Shown here: positions 1 to 8,915 of the stretch, piece after piece
Position numbering within the stretch: position 1 is the stretch's first letter
Layout of the letters: each line of letters starts with the position of its first letter
Made by a program: the position numbers and the translations under genes
Origin: Syntrophales bacterium
Lineage (GTDB): Bacteria; Desulfobacterota; Syntrophia; Syntrophales; UBA2251
Assembly: GCA_035358035.1 (NCBI GenBank)
Contig: DAOPOS010000003.1
Location: 34,513 to 98,512 of the forward strand
Length of the DNA: 64,000 bases
Direction: 5' to 3'
The notes under the pieces: model-generated
Told to the model about the DNA's origin: nothing
The model's input: only the letters and a program-made list of their open reading frames with translations
The model's database searches: none

Positions 1-1460
1 CCCTCGATCACCTCCGGCAGGCGGATCAGGGTCTTGATCAGGGCCGCCTCCTCCGGAAGCGTCAGGCGCTCGAGGGCCGCCTGTCCGTAGGCCGGCACGG
101 CCACGCCTTTTTCGGCGGCCGTCTTCAGGATGCTGCAGATCCGCGCGTGGGCGTACTGGACATAATAGACCGGGTTGTCGTTCGACTGGCGTTTCGCCAC
201 CTCGAGATCGAAATCCAGGTGGCTGTCGGAGCGCCGCATGAGAAAGTTGTAGCGCGCCGCGTCCCGTCCGACCTCGTCGACCACCTGACGCAGGGTGACG
301 AACTCGCCCGAGCGGGTGGACATGGCCACGGGCTTGCCGTCCCTAAGGAGGTTGACGAGCTGGACGAGGATGACCTGCAGGGCCTCCTTCGGATACCCCA
401 GGGCCTGGACGCCCGCGAGCATGCGGGGGATGTAGCCGTGGTGGTCCGCGCCCCAGACGTCGATGACCGTGTCGAAGCCGCGCTCGAACTTGTTTTTGTG
501 GTAGGCGATGTCGGCGGCGAAGTACGTGGGTTCCCCGTTCTGGCGGATGACAACCCGGTCCTTCTCGTCGCCGAAGGCCGTCGTCCTGAACCAGAAGGTG
601 CCGTCCTCGCGGTAGATGAAGCCCTGCGACTCGAGCGCCGTTAGAAGTTTCGCCACGCCGTCGTTCTCGTAGAGGGTCCGCTCGCTGAAGTAGCGGTCGA
701 AGACGATCCCGAAGGCCTTCAGGTCGTCCTTGATCCCGTCGAGGATGACCCCGCCGGCGTGGTCCGTCAGGCGGGGGATGGCCTCCCCTTCCGCCTCGTC
801 GAGACAGCGCCGGCCCTCCCGCGCGAGGACCTCCCGCGCCAGCTCCCGGATGTACTCGCCCTGGTAGCCGTTCTCGGGAAACGGCGCGTCCCCGCCGGCC
901 AGCTCCCGGCAGCGGGCGAGGACCGACCGGCCCAGGTTGTGCATCTGGTTGCCCGCGTCGTTGATGTAGTATTCCCGCTCCACCGCGTAGCCGCACGCGG
1001 CAAGGACCGCGGCGACGGCGTCGCCCACCACCGCCCCCCGGGCGTGGCCGATGTGCAGGGGGCCCGTGGGGTTGGCGCTGACGAATTCCACCTGGACACG
1101 CCTTCCGGCGCCGAAGTCGAGCCGGCCATAGCCCGTCCCCTCGCGCTCCACGGCCTCCAGGAGCGTCGCCCAGAAGCCCTCTCGGATGAAGAAATTGATG
1201 AAGCCGGGGCCGGCGATTTCCGTCCGGGCGACGACCCCTTCGGGATCGTCCAGCTCCGCGATCAGGGTCTCGGCGATCCGCCGCGGGTTCATCTTCAGGC
1301 GCGAGGCCAGCATCATGGCCGCGTTCGTGGCGTAATCGCCGTGCGCGGCGTCCCTGGTGAGCTCGATCTCTACCGCGGGGAGTTCCGCCGCCGCAAGCGT
1401 GCCCTTCTCCATGCACGCCGCGAGGGCCTCCCCGACCATCCGTTCCAGACGCTTCTTCAT
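1..1460 (-). CDS. argS: arginine--tRNA ligase; the C-terminus lies beyond the left window edge
   Basis: The minus-strand frame is open from the window edge to the ATG at 1460. I translated it by hand: [15 protein letters not shown]..., the class-I HIGH motif [12 protein letters not shown] (around 1030-1070), and [13 protein letters not shown] near the left edge. It is missing from the ORF track because it is edge-truncated. Confidence 0.95.
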   Translation of the reverse strand, partial: MKKRLERMVGEALAACMEKGTLAAAELPAVEIELTRDAAHGDYATNAAMMLASRLKMNPRRIAETLIAELDDPEGVVARTEIAGPGFINFFIREGFWATLLEAVEREGTGYGRLDFGAGRRVQVEFVSANPTGPLHIGHARGAVVGDAVAAVLAACGYAVEREYYINDAGNQMHNLGRSVLARCRELAGGDAPFPENGYQGEYIRELAREVLAREGRRCLDEAEGEAIPRLTDHAGGVILDGIKDDLKAFGIVFDRYFSERTLYENDGVAKLLTALESQGFIYREDGTFWFRTTAFGDEKDRVVIRQNGEPTYFAADIAYHKNKFERGFDTVIDVWGADHHGYIPRMLAGVQALGYPKEALQVILVQLVNLLRDGKPVAMSTRSGEFVTLRQVVDEVGRDAARYNFLMRRSDSHLDFDLEVAKRQSNDNPVYYVQYAHARICSILKTAAEKGVAVPAYGQAALERLTLPEEAALIKTLIRLPEVIE

Positions 1461-1555
1461 ATCTTAAGCTCTTGCCGGTTTCATCAACGGCCCCGCGATC
1501 GCCCCCCGCACACGCCGGAGGGGGTCCGCCGCGGCCCGTATCGTCCCTTTCGATC

Positions 1556-1602
1556 AAAAAAAAGTGACAAGTAACCCTCCAATCCCGGCTGTTACTTGTC
1601 AC
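1556..1602 (-). terminator. hairpin plus T-tract between the small Cys-protein gene and argS
   Basis: Perfect 12-bp inverted repeat GTGACAAGTAAC (1564-1575) / GTTACTTGTCAC (1591-1602) with a 15-nt loop. On the minus strand it is followed by T8 (A8 at 1556-1563 on the plus strand). Confidence 0.5.
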
Positions 1603-1634
1603 CTCGCTGTCTTACGGTGCTGAGGGCGGACGGG

Positions 1635-1808
1635 CTATCCCTCACGTTCCTTTTTCACCGCCTCGTCGATGTCCTTGTCCTTGATGGCAAGGTCCCGGGA
1701 GTAATCGGCGCAGTGGACCTGCCCGGTCGCATCCGTGGACACGCTGAATTTCTTCTGACAGGTCCCCCTCCAGGCACAGATGGCGCAGTACCTTCGATCC
1801 ATGGCCAT
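1635..1808 (-). CDS. small Cys-rich hypothetical protein (57 aa)
   Basis: Internal ATG at 1808 of ORF 1635..1853, preceded by the SD-like AAGGGGG. Sequence MAMDRRYCAICAWRGTCQKK...VHCADYSRD has a CxxC plus two further Cys. No family recognised. Confidence 0.45.
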   Translation of the reverse strand: MAMDRRYCAICAWRGTCQKKFSVSTDATGQVHCADYSRDLAIKDKDIDEAVKKEREG

Positions 1809-1959
1809 GATGCAACACCCCCTTCTTGAAGATTCCCGCGATGGCGGCGCCACCCTAATACGGATGCCCCTTTCAAGTCAAGGATTTTTGCATGCGGGGG
1901 CACTTCTCCGGGGCCTCGCGCCGCGTCCGCAAACGCGCTGAAAACCGTTGAAAAACGGT

Positions 1960-1989
1960 TTGACATTCGGGGAGGGTTTTCTTTAAGAT
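1960..1989 (+). promoter_or_regulatory. candidate sigma70-type promoter for the 2026 gene
   Basis: TTGACA (1960-1965), 18-nt spacer, TAAGAT (1984-1989). An AAACCGT/ACGGTTT palindrome lies immediately upstream. Confidence 0.3.
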
Positions 1990-2025
1990 ACCGGGAAAGT
2001 TCTGATTCAAAAAGGAAGGCCCGCC

Positions 2026-2613
2026 ATGAGAAAATATTGCTTCTGGACGGCCGTCGTCATCACGGCCCTGATCCTCCCCGTCGCCGCCGACGCCGCCTGC
2101 CTGATCCGCCTCGAGAGCGGCGGCCGGATCTGGACGCCCCACTGCTGGGAGGAGGGCGGGGAGCTCAAATTCTACGTGGGCGACGGTATCGCGGGAGTCG
2201 AGCAAAACATGGTGCGTCACATCGAAAAAACCGCCATGACCTCGGGCGTCGTCTATGAGGCGCCGGCGCCGGCCCCCGCCGATACCGTGGAGAAGGCCGA
2301 AAAAAACCCGTCGTCTCCGGCCAACGTCGAGGGTGGCGCGGCGCCCCCAAAAGCTCCGGCAAAGAAGGTCGATGTGAAGGCCTACCAGGACCGGATGGCC
2401 AAGCTCAAGGCGGATCTGAACCGGACGCTCGCGCGGATGAAGAAGGCCACGACCAATAACGATCCTGCCGCCAAGGAGGACGCAACGGCGGAAAACCGCC
2501 GGATCTCCGATGAAATGTACCGTCTGACCGATGAACTCAAGGAAGGCAACAACGGCGTCCTGCCCGCCGACTGGTGGGAAGGGATCGGAAAGGAAGAGCC
2601 CGCGGAACCGTAA
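2026..2613 (+). CDS. secreted protein: signal peptide, small beta domain, Pro/Ala linker, coiled coil (paralog A)
   Basis: N-terminal hydrophobic signal MRKYCFWTAVVITALILPVAADA and a PA-rich linker. The C-terminus ...YRLTDELKEGNNGVLPADWW is shared with the 6894..7460 protein. Confidence 0.7.
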   Translation: MRKYCFWTAVVITALILPVAADAACLIRLESGGRIWTPHCWEEGGELKFYVGDGIAGVEQNMVRHIEKTAMTSGVVYEAPAPAPADTVEKAEKNPSSPANVEGGAAPPKAPAKKVDVKAYQDRMAKLKADLNRTLARMKKATTNNDPAAKEDATAENRRISDEMYRLTDELKEGNNGVLPADWWEGIGKEEPAEP

Positions 2614-2640
2614 ACGGGACAGACGGGCCGGATCCGCCCC

Positions 2641-3732
2641 TTAGAAGACATCCCGCCAGGCCGTCCGCTGGAGCGTGGTGACCGAATTGATGTTCTGCAG
2701 GTTGCTCAGGGCCGTGGAGCTGTAATACAGGTTGATGCTGCCGGTCAGGTCGATCAGCTTGGTCAGGTGGCCGATCGTGATCATGCTCCCGTAAATATTT
2801 CCGGTCCCGCTCCCGAAGACCCGACCGGTCCCCCTCAGGATAACCAGCCCTTCGAACTCGAAATTGCCGTTGATCTGGAGTTCTCCCCCGTTGTCGACGA
2901 TGATGATGCCCGCGCCGTTTCCCGAACCGTTCAACGTGGCGCCATTCGGAATGACCGTGATGGCCGGATTCGCCCGCGTGCCCAGCGTGGTCTGAAACAG
3001 GTTGTTCGTCAGGATGTTGTTGACGAAATTGTTGTACTCCGTCTCCCGGCTGGGCCCCAGGGTCTGCGTGGGACTCCCCCCCAGGTGGGCGCTCACGTTT
3101 CCCGTGAGGGTCGGGGTCATGACGGTGTAGAGGCCTGGCTTGGCCGGCAGGGAACCGTCCACCGCCGTGTTGCAGGCGCTGCCGTTGCAGTTCGGATCGG
3201 CCGGCACCGGGTAATCGTGGCCGTCGACGGCATAGCCCCCGCCGCCGCCTTTCTTGAAGTCGACCGCCGGCCCGCCGCCGTACATGGCCACCGCGCCGTC
3301 CGCGCTCGTGGTGGACGGAGGAATCTTCCGGATGCGGGCCTCGATCGTCTTCGTGGTGTTTTGTGTCCCGATGCCGGTCATCTGGAACCGGTACCGGTAG
3401 GGCGCCACATAATAGAGCGTCACCGAGGGGTTGAAGCTGAAGCCTGCCGGACAGGTTACAGTTATTGTTCTTGTGGGAGACGCGGCCGTGGGATAGGTGA
3501 TCGTGTTGTTCCTGAGGTAATACATGACCTGCTCCACCCCCGCCTCGGCCTCGTAAAAGGCCTGGGTGCCGGCCTTGTAGTTCGCGCTGATCTTCATGTC
3601 CGTCGTGCTCATGATCACGGCCGTCGACCCGAGCAGCACGAGGACGGCCGTCAGGAGCAGGACGACGACGAGGACCATGCCCCGTTCATCGGACGGCCGC
3701 ACTTCCCTGCGGGGTTGGATAGGCTGCGCCAT
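2641..3732 (-). CDS. PilX-like type IV pilus minor pilin (PilX N-terminal domain type)
   Basis: N-terminus ERGMVLVVVLLLTAVLVLLGSTAVIMSTTDMKISANYKAGTQAFYEAEAG is typical of PilX_N. It is last in a fimT-pilV-pilW-pilX order. Confidence 0.75.
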   Translation of the reverse strand: MAQPIQPRREVRPSDERGMVLVVVLLLTAVLVLLGSTAVIMSTTDMKISANYKAGTQAFYEAEAGVEQVMYYLRNNTITYPTAASPTRTITVTCPAGFSFNPSVTLYYVAPYRYRFQMTGIGTQNTTKTIEARIRKIPPSTTSADGAVAMYGGGPAVDFKKGGGGGYAVDGHDYPVPADPNCNGSACNTAVDGSLPAKPGLYTVMTPTLTGNVSAHLGGSPTQTLGPSRETEYNNFVNNILTNNLFQTTLGTRANPAITVIPNGATLNGSGNGAGIIIVDNGGELQINGNFEFEGLVILRGTGRVFGSGTGNIYGSMITIGHLTKLIDLTGSINLYYSSTALSNLQNINSVTTLQRTAWRDVF

Positions 3733-3752
3733 GCTGACACCTCCCCTGCCTT

Positions 3753-4415
3753 TCAGATGGCAAGATTTCTGGCCGTCACGACGGACGACAGGGTGTACGT
3801 CCGGTAACCGCCGTTGGTGGAATAGGCCGGATCGGGCTTGGCCGTCCGGCCGGTGATCGTGATTCTGATCGCACGGACATCCGCGGCATTGAGCGTGGAC
3901 GCGCCGGCGCCGTCCAGATAATCAAAGGAGAAGGAATCCACGTTCTCGACGAACGGCTGGGCGCCGCTGCCGATGTTTCGGGTGATCTGGTGGTTGGCCG
4001 AATCGAACGCATAGACGATGTTCTCCTCGCTCGTTCCGTCGATGGCCCCGTCGCCGTTCAGGTCCGCCCGGATCTCGAGTTGCGTCGCGTCGATGACCAC
4101 CCCGGCGAAATCATTCCCCGTATTCGCATCGGAATTCACCCCGGACGGATCGTACCGCGCCATCCGGACCTCCCGGGCCATCATGTCCATGCCCGCCCTG
4201 ACGCCCTGCTGCATGGCCACGATCTCCTCCTGGTTTCCGAAGGTCTTGTATTGGATCGTGAAGACGCTGTAGGCAGCGCCCAGAACCACGAGACCGATCG
4301 CCATGGCGATCATCATCTCGAGCAGGGTAAACCCGCGCGCGTCGTCCCGAACCGCCGGCGTTTTCCGGGATGCAATCCCTGTTGCGCGACATTTCCTTAC
4401 GATTCGATACGGCAA
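3753..4415 (-). CDS. PilW-like prepilin-type minor pilin
   Basis: Prepilin cleavage/methylation motif G|FTLLEMMIAMAIGLVVLGAA. TTG start at 4415 with AGGAG 7 nt upstream. Confidence 0.8.
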   Translation of the reverse strand: MPYRIVRKCRATGIASRKTPAVRDDARGFTLLEMMIAMAIGLVVLGAAYSVFTIQYKTFGNQEEIVAMQQGVRAGMDMMAREVRMARYDPSGVNSDANTGNDFAGVVIDATQLEIRADLNGDGAIDGTSEENIVYAFDSANHQITRNIGSGAQPFVENVDSFSFDYLDGAGASTLNAADVRAIRITITGRTAKPDPAYSTNGGYRTYTLSSVVTARNLAI

Positions 4416-4425
4416 TACGCTGCTC

Positions 4426-4806
4426 CTATTGACTGACGATGCTCCGGAGTACCACGTTGTGGCCCGTCCCCTGCCAGGTCCACGCCACCGTGACGACCAG
4501 GGTGCTCATCCCCGTTGCCGGCGAATCGGCCGTGACGTCCCAGGTGCGGGTGTAGAGGGTTTCCTGCGTATCCGTCCCGTCCGCCAGACTGGCATAGGCG
4601 GTGTTTTTCAATTCCTCCATCTTGTCCGCGGCCAGCGTCGTCGCGGTCGTCATCGTCTTGCTGAAGGCATTCCCCCTGATGACCATGACGGTCACGGAAA
4701 TGACCCCCAGCATCGCGACCACGAGGAGGAAGATCGCAATCATGATCTCGATCAGTGTAAACCCCTGATTTTTACGCAACCGGGAGATCGTCATCGCCTT
4801 TTTCAC
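4426..4806 (-). CDS. PilV-like prepilin-type minor pilin
   Basis: MKKAMTISRLRKNQG|FTLIEIMIAIFLLVVAMLGV. Confidence 0.8.
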   Translation of the reverse strand: MKKAMTISRLRKNQGFTLIEIMIAIFLLVVAMLGVISVTVMVIRGNAFSKTMTTATTLAADKMEELKNTAYASLADGTDTQETLYTRTWDVTADSPATGMSTLVVTVAWTWQGTGHNVVLRSIVSQ

Positions 4807-4832
4807 CCTGTTTGCCGCGCCTTTCGCATCTC

Positions 4833-5300
4833 CTAATTGGAAACCGCCACCCGTCCGGAAATCGCCACGGCGATATCCCTCGATCCGGCTGAATTCGTCA
4901 CGGTAACCGTTCCGATCGCGGACGCGGCGCCCCTGGGATTAAAAATCGGATCGTTCGTCGTAGTCAAGGCGACATCGTGATAGTCCTGATGGAGATCCTT
5001 CGAAATGTTGACGCCTTCACTGCTGGCAACCGTCCCGTCATTGTTGGCATCGCTCCAGATCTTGTAGGTATGGCCATCGCCTTCGATATGGACCTTGACC
5101 TTCTGATTCAGACTGACCGCTGTCATTCTTGCATTCATGAGATCGGACATGACCTGCCTCGCCGCCCCCTTCAGACGGCTCCGGACCATGAAGGTCTGAT
5201 AGCTGGGAATCGCGATGGCCGTCAGGATGCCGATGAGCGCGATCACGACCATCAGTTCGATAAGCGTGAATCCCCGGGCTGTTTTCCTGAATCTGGTCAT
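4833..5300 (-). CDS. FimT/GspH-like pseudopilin
   Basis: Probable start at the ATG at 5300 (SD GGGAAGGGGGAG). MTRFRKTARG|FTLIELMVVIALIGILTAIAIPSY. Confidence 0.8.
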   Translation of the reverse strand: MTRFRKTARGFTLIELMVVIALIGILTAIAIPSYQTFMVRSRLKGAARQVMSDLMNARMTAVSLNQKVKVHIEGDGHTYKIWSDANNDGTVASSEGVNISKDLHQDYHDVALTTTNDPIFNPRGAASAIGTVTVTNSAGSRDIAVAISGRVAVSN

Positions 5301-5356
5301 GGCTCCCCCTTCCCGAACAGGGGCATGCATGCTGCGCTCGCACGCCCCTGGAGTTT

Positions 5357-5386
5357 ATAATAAGGGCGAAGTCATTCGATTGTCAA
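5357..5386 (-). promoter_or_regulatory. candidate sigma70-type promoter for the fimT-pilV-pilW-pilX operon
   Basis: The minus strand reads TTGACA (5386-5381), 18-nt spacer, TATTAT (5362-5357). Confidence 0.4.
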
Positions 5387-5461
5387 CAGGAATTCGCGCC
5401 CGATGCGTCTTCTTGAGTGGCCGAGGTCACCCCGGCAGCGTGACCGACTTCACACAAGGGC

Positions 5462-6211
5462 TCAAAGGTTCCTCGGGGCGACGACGGCCGTCAGGGTATA
5501 GCGGCGATGATGGTCGTTGTTCACCGGATCCGTGTAGGCGGGGTCCGGCTTGGCGGTTTTCGCCGTCACCTGGACCCGGACCTTGGCGATGGAGGAAACC
5601 TGCGCCGACGTGGGAGCCGTCACGACGGTCCCGTCGATCAGGGTATACGTGAGGCTCAGGGTCTCGATGGTCTCCACGATCGGCTGCCAGGACCGGGTCC
5701 CGTCCGAGGCGATGGCGTAACGTTCGAGCGCGCCGCCGTTGACGCGGAAGGCAACCTCCTCTAAGTCGTTCGTGTCCAGCGCCCCGTCGCCGTCGTTGTC
5801 GGTCGTGAAGGCGACACTGCTTGCGTTCGTCGCCCGGCCCTCGCTGGCGGAATACTGGAAACCGAACGTGCCCGTCGTCCGCTGCGGATTGAAGCCCGCC
5901 ATCCGGATCTCCCGGCTGACGATGTCGATGGCCGCCCGCGCGTTCTGCTGAATGTCCACAACCTGCTCCTGGTTGCCGAGTTGACGGTTCTGCAGGGTGA
6001 ACACGGCGTACGCGGCGCCGAGGATCACGAGGCCGAGCGCCATGGCGATCATGAGTTCCAGGAGGGTGAACCCCGCCGTGACAGGACCATCCGCTTTCCG
6101 GGCCTGACGGGCCTCGGATCGGCCTGGCGCCGGGGCGTTCCCCGGGGATCCGCAAATCAAGGGTTCCTGTCTCCTTTCGGCCACCCTGCATAGGTCCGCG
6201 GCGCATATCAT
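5462..6211 (-). CDS. PilW-like prepilin-type minor pilin (paralog 2)
   Basis: Motif G|FTLLELMIAMALGLVILGAAYAVF and a C-terminal TAKPDPAY shared with the 3753..4415 protein. Start taken at the ATG at 6211, 15 nt after the upstream stop. The longer track ORF to 6310 overlaps the upstream gene. Confidence 0.75.
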   Translation of the reverse strand: MICAADLCRVAERRQEPLICGSPGNAPAPGRSEARQARKADGPVTAGFTLLELMIAMALGLVILGAAYAVFTLQNRQLGNQEQVVDIQQNARAAIDIVSREIRMAGFNPQRTTGTFGFQYSASEGRATNASSVAFTTDNDGDGALDTNDLEEVAFRVNGGALERYAIASDGTRSWQPIVETIETLSLTYTLIDGTVVTAPTSAQVSSIAKVRVQVTAKTAKPDPAYTDPVNNDHHRRYTLTAVVAPRNL

Positions 6212-6225
6212 GGCAACCCTGCCTG

Positions 6226-6672
6226 TCAGTTGATCGCCACCCGTCCCGTGCTGTTGACCGTCACCGTCTTCGTCAGGCCCAGGGTGGTGCTCGTCAGGAT
6301 GACGGTGCACCCGGAACCGCTCAACCGCCCCGACGAGCTAAAGGTCGGGCTCGCGGCGGCCGCCACCGTCACGTCGCGATAACCGAATCCGGTTTGAAGA
6401 TTCCGGGTCAGCGCCGTTCCCCCCGTGTCGTAGGTGTAGAACGCGCTGGCGGAGGTCGGGAAGGTCACCTGGACGTCGCGGTTCTGTGACACGGCGGCCA
6501 TGCGGGCGTTCATGAGGTCCGACATCACGTGCCTTGCCGCCCCGTTGAGCCGTCGCTGCGCCATGAAGGGTTGCAGGGAGGGAACGGCAATGGTCGTCAG
6601 GATGGCGAGAATGGCGATGACGATGATCAGTTCGACCAACGTAAACCCGCCCCGGTGGGTCTTCCTCCGCAT
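6226..6672 (-). CDS. FimT/GspH-like pseudopilin (paralog 2)
   Basis: MRRKTHRGG|FTLVELIIVIAILAILTTIAVPS. The stretch ...GAARHVMSDLMNARMAAVS is nearly identical to the 4833..5300 protein. Confidence 0.8.
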   Translation of the reverse strand: MRRKTHRGGFTLVELIIVIAILAILTTIAVPSLQPFMAQRRLNGAARHVMSDLMNARMAAVSQNRDVQVTFPTSASAFYTYDTGGTALTRNLQTGFGYRDVTVAAAASPTFSSSGRLSGSGCTVILTSTTLGLTKTVTVNSTGRVAIN

Positions 6673-6893
6673 GACTCCTCTTCGACGTGCCGACGACGGT
6701 TCTTGGCCGGGAGGATTTTCCCGTTTGGCCGCCCGACATCCCCGACTGTGTTATCTAACCCGCGCTACCGCTGGTGGCGATCATTAAACCACAGGCGAAA
6801 TTGAATGAAAAGGATAATTTCAGAAGAATCTGTGGGCAAATTTTCTTGACGTGCCCCGCAAGCCGGGGGTATTTAGAAGCCGGAGGGTGTGAT

Positions 6894-7460
6894 ATGAAAC
6901 GAATACGGCGTCTTCTCTTGATCCTGATCTTTCTTTTTCCATCTGTCACACCGGCGGCATCGGTCGTCTATCTCAAAAACGGCGGCCGCCTGACCACCCC
7001 GGCCTGGAGCCGCGAGGGGGATATGATCGTGCTTCAGACCGCCGCCGGCCAGATGAGCATCGAGCGCCGCGACGTGCTGAAGATCGTGTCCGACGATGCC
7101 GACGCGTTGGCGGTGCCGGCGCCGGCCGCACCTGCGGCCCCGCAACGGGCCGGGAAAGACGCGCTTCCGTCTCCGGCCGCGCCGTCGGGCGGGGCATCCC
7201 CGGCCGTCGCGCCGTCGCCCGTCCCCCCGCCGGTCGCGGAAAAAGCCGACCTCGACGCCTACAAGGCACGGAAGAATGAGCTTCAGGGACAGTTGGACGC
7301 GGCGCTCGCCCGGATGCGCGAGTCCGCACGCCTGCAGGACGAGCCGGCCAAGGAGCAGGCCCGCAAGGAAATGCGGGAGATCTCGGCCCGGATCTACGAA
7401 CTGACGGACGAGGTCAAGCGCGTCAACAACGGCATCCTTCCCCCCGGCTGGTGGAAATAG
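6894..7460 (+). CDS. secreted protein: signal peptide, small beta domain, Pro/Ala linker, coiled coil (paralog B)
   Basis: ATG at 6894 after GGAGGG. MKRIRRLLLILIFLFPSVTPAAS..., PA-rich linker, C-terminal ...YELTDEVKRVNNGILPPGWWK. Confidence 0.7.
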   Translation: MKRIRRLLLILIFLFPSVTPAASVVYLKNGGRLTTPAWSREGDMIVLQTAAGQMSIERRDVLKIVSDDADALAVPAPAAPAAPQRAGKDALPSPAAPSGGASPAVAPSPVPPPVAEKADLDAYKARKNELQGQLDAALARMRESARLQDEPAKEQARKEMREISARIYELTDEVKRVNNGILPPGWWK

Positions 7461-7467
7461 GGGACCC

Positions 7468-8715
7468 CTACCGCACGTCCTTCCAGCTCAGGACGTCGAG
7501 CGGGCGGTTTGCGGTCTGGACCGAGATGGCCGTGCTGCAGTAGATGATGTTGGCGTTCCCCCCGACCACGTCCGCGTCGGTTGCCCCCCCGCTCGCCAGC
7601 GCCCCGGTCACGTTCTTGTTCCCGCCCCCGGTGAAGGTCACCGATCCCGATACGAGCACGATACCGTTCCAGGAAAAGCCGCCGTGGAAGAAGGCGTCGC
7701 CCTCGATCAGCAACAGCCCGCACCCCGTGGCTCCCCCCGTCAGGCTGATGTCCGTCGGAACCCCCGCCGATGTCTTGGTGTTGTAGTAGACGACGTTGTG
7801 CACGCTGCACGTCGAAGGGTCCGAATCGTCCGCCCCCAGCACCGGCGTTCCCCAGCCGTCGCCGGGTCCCGGCACGGTCGTGTTGGTGTGGGTGGCGCTC
7901 TCCACGTGGTACGTGAAGTTCGCGCCCGTCTTGTAGGTGTCGATCAACGCCTGCACGTTGATCGGCGTATCGGTATGGGCGATCGGGGTCGTTCCGCTGA
8001 TCGTCGGGTTGCCGTTCGTGGTCACCGACGAGACCGCCTGGCCGGTCACGATGCCGGGCTTGTTGGCGCCGCCGCAGGCGTCGTTGCCGATGACGTTGGT
8101 GCTGGACCCCTGAATACTGGTCGCCGCGTTGACGGACAGGGCGGCCGGAACGGCGATCGGCGGCTTGCGCGCCGCCTCGACCTCGACCGTCCGGTTGGAG
8201 CCGCTGGAGGCCCCGTAACTGGAGATGAGATAGATATTGCCGCCGGTGGTCGTGTTCCGCTCGTAGTCACCGTCTCCGTCGGCATCGCCCCAGTAGAGCA
8301 GGTTCCCCGCGCCGTCCGTCTGATGACGGATGCGGACCGTGTAGTCGAGGGCCGACTGCAGGCTGCTGACCAGGACGTGCAGGGCGTTGCCGCTGCTGTA
8401 GCCCTTCCCCTGAGCCTTCACCTCCAAGCCGATGAAGGCCGACCACCCGGTGTTGGTCGGGTGCGCGTCGGTGATCGGGTTCGCCGAATCCGACCGGAGG
8501 CGCGACAGTGCCTCGTTCACCCCCGCCTCGGCTGCGAACAGGGCCTTCTGCGTCGAACCATAGTTCCCCGCGATCTGCACGTCGGTCGAGACCATCATCA
8601 GCGTCGAAAACCCGATGATGACGATGACCACCACGATGAGGATGGCCACAACCACGGTGATCCCCCGCTCGTTCCCGCAAACCCTCCGGGGGTTTTTACG
8701 CGTGCATTGACTCAT
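7468..8715 (-). CDS. PilX-like type IV pilus minor pilin (paralog 2)
   Basis: ERGITVVVAILIVVVIVIIGFSTLMMVSTDVQIAGNYGSTQKALFAAEAG. The C-terminal end resembles the 2641..3732 protein. Confidence 0.7.
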   Translation of the reverse strand: MSQCTRKNPRRVCGNERGITVVVAILIVVVIVIIGFSTLMMVSTDVQIAGNYGSTQKALFAAEAGVNEALSRLRSDSANPITDAHPTNTGWSAFIGLEVKAQGKGYSSGNALHVLVSSLQSALDYTVRIRHQTDGAGNLLYWGDADGDGDYERNTTTGGNIYLISSYGASSGSNRTVEVEAARKPPIAVPAALSVNAATSIQGSSTNVIGNDACGGANKPGIVTGQAVSSVTTNGNPTISGTTPIAHTDTPINVQALIDTYKTGANFTYHVESATHTNTTVPGPGDGWGTPVLGADDSDPSTCSVHNVVYYNTKTSAGVPTDISLTGGATGCGLLLIEGDAFFHGGFSWNGIVLVSGSVTFTGGGNKNVTGALASGGATDADVVGGNANIIYCSTAISVQTANRPLDVLSWKDVR

Positions 8716-8915
8716 GTCCGCCTCTGCCCGACAGCTTCATGCGCGGGAGGTCTCGATGGGAGACTCCGCACATGCTTTAAAAAGCGCGCTATTCATAAGA
8801 TCGCTTGTTTGGATTCTATCGCCATATTTCGTATTTGTCCATCCCGGAAAATGTCATCATTTCCCCGAGCAGGGGGCGCGTTGACCAGGCGGCACCCGTC
8901 GGAGCGGGGGCGGAA

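Noticed and set aside
8716-8915. A sigma54 promoter upstream of pilX2, as is known for some pilin genes
   Set aside because: No GG-N10-GC element with the right spacing was found on the minus strand.
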